In this document: positions 60,026 to 64,000 of the stretch, piece after piece | How positions within the stretch are numbered: the first letter of the stretch is position 1 | Layout: each line of letters starts with the position of its first letter | Source: Octopus sinensis | Taxonomy: Eukaryota | Assembly (NCBI RefSeq): GCF_006345805.1 | Contig: NC_043001.1 | Location: forward strand, 21,142,001-21,206,000 | Length of the DNA: 64,000 nucleotides | Direction: 5' to 3' | Notes under the pieces: generated by a model | Told to the model about the DNA's origin: nothing | Databases searched by the model: none | The model's input: only the letters and a program-made list of their open reading frames with translations | Position numbers and translations under genes: made by a program

Positions 60026-61915
60026 TTAACCCTTTCGTTACCAACCCGGCTGAAACCGCCTCTGGCTCTGTTGTACAAATGTCTTGTTTTCTTAAGTTTT
60101 GAATTAAAATCTTCCACCAAACCTTAGTCACAATTTATGTTCCTAACACTAGCTGAATGATAACTAAGTTATTTTACTAAATTCTTTGTTATATTTAAAA
60201 TTAATTGAAAGAAACACAGAGCATCTCAAAATAAATATAGTAACGAAAGGGTTAAATGAAACTACTTATGATGGTGAGATACTGCACTAACGATCAGAAA
60301 ATCACAAGTTTTCAGATTATGAAATTATAATTAATGGAGGTATTGGAGAGATAACTGGATGTACTTGATGGATAGAATCCACAGTTGACTTTCGGTACTT
60401 GATTGGAAAAGTTTCAAATATCATCTTGGTGCTTTCAGGAAAGATATGAAAATCACAGAGAACACCTCACACCACTGCTTCACTAAAAGAACTTTTGTGA
60501 ATTTCTAAATCACTAGATGCAATTCCTCAGGAATAATTTTGCACAGTGTTGGAGAAGATTGTTTTAAGACAAATTAACATTACCCCTTTCGTTACCAACC
60601 CGCTGAAACCGCCTCTGGCTCTGTTGTACAAATGTCTTGTTTTCTTAAGTTTTGAATTAAAATCTTCCACCAAACCTTAGTCACAATTTATGTTCCTAAC
60701 ACTAGCTGAATGATAACTAAGTTATTTTACTAAATTCTTTGTTATATTTAAAATTAATTGAAAGAAACACAGAGCATCTCAAAATAAATATAGTAACGAA
60801 AGGGTTAAATGAAACTACTTATGATGGTGAGATACTGCACTAACGATCAGAAAATCACAAGTTTTCAGATTATGAAATTATAATTAATGGAGGTATTGGA
60901 GAGATAACTGGATGTACTTGATGGATAGAATCCACAGTTGACTTTCGGTACTTGATTGGAAAAGTTTCAAATATCATCTTGGTGCTTTCAGGAAAGATAT
61001 GAAAATCACAGAGAACACCTCACACCACTGCTTCACTAAAAGAACTTTTGTGAATTTCTAAATCACTAGATGCAATTCCTCAGGAATAATTTTGCACAGT
61101 GTTGGAGAAGATTGTTTTAAGACAAATTAACATTACCCCTTTCGTTACCAACCCGGCTGAAACCGGCTCTGGCTCTGTAGTGCAAATGTCTTGTTTTCAA
61201 AAATTCTAAATTAAAATCTTCCACCAAACTTTAGTCACAATTAATGTTCCTAACACTAGCTTAATAATAACTAAATTATTTTACTAAATTCTTCGTTATA
61301 TTTAAAATTAATTGAAAGAAACACAGAGCATCTCAAAATAAATATAGTAACGAAAGGGTTAAATGAAACTACTTATGATGGTGAGATACTGCACTAACGA
61401 TCAGAAAATCACAAGTTTTCAGATTATGAAATTATAATTAATGGAGGTATTGGAGAGATAACTGGATGTACTTGATGGATAGAATCCACAGTTGACTTTC
61501 GGTACTTGATTGGAAAAGTTTCAAATATCATCTTGGTGCTTTCAGGAAAGATATGAAAATCACAGAGAACACCTCACACCACTGCTTCACTAAAAGAACT
61601 TTTGTGAATTTCTAAATCACTAGATGCAATTCCTCAGGAATAATTTTGCACAGTGTTGGAGAAGATTGTTTTAAGACAAATTAACATTACCCCTTTCGTT
61701 ACCAACCCGGCTGAAACCGGCTCTGGCTCTGTAGTGCAAATGTCTTGTTTTCAAAAATTCTAAATTAAAATCTTCCACCAAACTTTAGTCACAATTAATG
61801 TTCCTAACACTAGCTTAATAATAACTAAATTATTTTACTAAATTCTTCGTTATATTTGAAGTAATTGAAAGAAACACAGAGCATCTCAAAATAAGTATGG
61901 TAACGAAAGGGTTAA
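60026..61915. repeat. Tandem array: 4 P1 MITEs alternating with 3 near-identical 326-bp spacers (period 553-554 bp)
   Basis: The spacer ATGAAACTACTTATGATGG...GACAAATTAACATTAC starts at 60256, 60809 and 61363. Confidence 0.95.
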
Positions 61916-62314
61916 AAACTAATGAATTATTACATTGCATTTTGTCAATATAGATTTCTCTGTAGACAGTTTTTGAAGAAAATCACATTTAAAAGATACA
62001 TTTTTTAAAATGCCTTACACTGTTTTTTTTTTGTTGTATTTTTACAGTTTGTGGAGGCATGTGGATTAGTGGTTAGGGTTAGAAATGCAGGCATCTACTT
62101 TGAAAAATGGAATAATGAAGTAATAGTAATATTTTATAGAATATTAAAAGGCGCAGGAGTGGCTGTGTGGTAAGTAGCTTGCTAACCAACCACATGGTTC
62201 TGGGTTCAGTCCCACTGCATGGCATCTTGGGCAAGTGTCTTCTGTTATAGCCCTGGGCCGACCAATGCCTTGTGAGTGGATTTGGTAGACGGAAACTGAA
62301 AGAAGCCTGTCGTA

Positions 62315-62345
<31 letters not shown>

Positions 62346-64000
62346 GTATTTGTGTGTGTTTGTCCCCCTAGCATTACTTGACAACCGATGCTGGTGTGTT
62401 TACGTCCCCGTCACTTAGCGGTTCGGCAAAAGAGACCGATAGAATAAGTACTGGGCTTACAAAGAATAAGTCCCGGGGTCGATTTGCTCGACTAAAGGCG
62501 GTGCTCCAGCATGGCCGCAGTCAAATGACTGAAACAAGTAAAAGAGAGTAAATACACACATACACAAAGATTTGAGCATAGTGAAAATGCAATTAACACT
62601 GGAACAGTTTTGCATAATGATTAGAAATGAACAAAAAAGAAAAAAAAAAACTAGAACATTGTCACTTACATTTGCTGTAAGCACTTATATACATTTGGTA
62701 GTATGTTACATCACAAAAAGTTTTTGTTACAACAGACTGACTTGTTGAGTCCTTTTTTCTGACATATCTCCTCCATTCATCAAAGCAAGTCATCTGAATA
62801 GACAGCAGTATAAAAGACTAATCTAGAAAAAGACACCAGGTAAATAGTGACAACACCTAATAAGAAAAAGTTGAGAGCAGTAATTAAAAACAACAATAAT
62901 TTTTCCTATTTGCAAAAGTTAACATTTGTGTATAACAAAAGCATTTATAATCAATGAAAAAGCGATAAACGTCGCCCTTTTCAAGCCTAGCCAGGCTCAA
63001 GGGCCCGGTTTCCTGGTTTCTGTGGCGTATGTGTTACTCCCAGCTGGACGGGACGCCAGTCCATTGCAGCGTTACTCAAGAAACAGGAAGAGAGAGTGAG
63101 AGAAAATTGTAGTGAAAGAGTACAACAGGGGTCTCCACCACCTCCTGCCAGAGCCTCGTGGAGCTTTAGGTGTTTGCGCTCAATAAACACACACAACTCC
63201 CGGTCTGGAAATCAAAACCGCAATCCTCCGACCGCAAGTCCGCTGCCCTAACCACTGGGCCAATGCATTCAAAGGGGCCTTTCAAAAGAATTTTAGCATA
63301 TATTTATAGCTCATGTTTGATAAAAAGGCATGAGATAGTTGAAAACAGACTGGGTGGTTTTTGCTCTGGGGATGTTGGTATATATGGTGACAATATTCAG
63401 ATGAGAAGCATGATTTTCAGTCAGCTCAAAGGTAATAGCTGTATTGCTAATTAAAATCTCTCTGATCTGTGCAGCTCAAAGGTGTGCTGACTGACCTAGA
63501 GGTTTAGAATGCACGACTAAACAAAAATACACCAGTTCCTTGTTTGTTGAATGAAGAAAATGGTCACCATATCACCAAATAAAAATTGTGGCAACAAATT
63601 TTGATGCAGAAGCAAATGTTAGATGCCTTAAAATAACATGTAACTGCCCGAGTTAACTGAATTCATAGTAATAGTGATATAGTGTGTGTGTGCCTGCATG
63701 TATCATCATCATCGTTTAGCGTCCGTTTTCCATGCTATATATATATACTCTTTTACTTGTTTCAGTCATTTGACTGCGGCCATGCTGGAGCACCGCCTTT
63801 TAGTCGAGCACATCGACCCCAGGACTTATTCTTTGTAAGCCCAGTACTTATTCTATCAGACTCTTTTGCCGAACCGCTAAGTGACGGGGACATAAACACA
63901 CCAGCATCGGTTGTCAAGCAATGCTAGGGGGATAAACACAGACACACAAACACACACATATATATATATTTAAGGCGGCGAGCTGGCAGAAACGTTAGCA

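Noticed and set aside
60256-60583. Spacer X of the tandem array as a repeated exon or snoRNA
   Set aside because: No open frame with splice sites and no paired C/D or H/ACA boxes were found on the host (minus) strand.

Overview
AT-rich, repeat-dense animal genomic DNA; the repeat content looks like an Octopus/cephalopod genome (inference). Four protein-coding genes were reconstructed by hand from GT-AG splice sites and reading-frame phase. (1) The first five coding exons of DDX27/Drs1 on the minus strand, running off the left edge. (2) A complete 13-exon FEN1 (376 aa) on the plus strand, head-to-head with DDX27 with only 430 bp between the ATGs. (3) A two-exon C/EBP-family bZIP gene (204 aa, bZIP closest to C/EBP-gamma) on the minus strand. 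(4) A 3+2 C2H2 zinc-finger gene with an Ikaros/hunchback-type C-terminal finger pair on the minus strand. Most of the remainder is SINEs (at least five families), CR1- and RTE-type LINE fragments, two decayed mariners, piggyBac/hAT/Tc1/pogo-type MITEs and Helitron-like elements. The most interesting observations are: a C/EBP-gamma-type gene with an apparent activation-domain exon plus a promoter-like intron that could give an activation-domain-less isoform; a MITE-bounded tandem triplication whose chimeric MITEs record two crossover points; nested inverted SINE pairs in FEN1 introns (candidate ADAR/back-splicing substrates); and combinatorial head/tail swapping among SINEs. None is proven novel from sequence alone. 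Repeat coordinates are read by eye and approximate.
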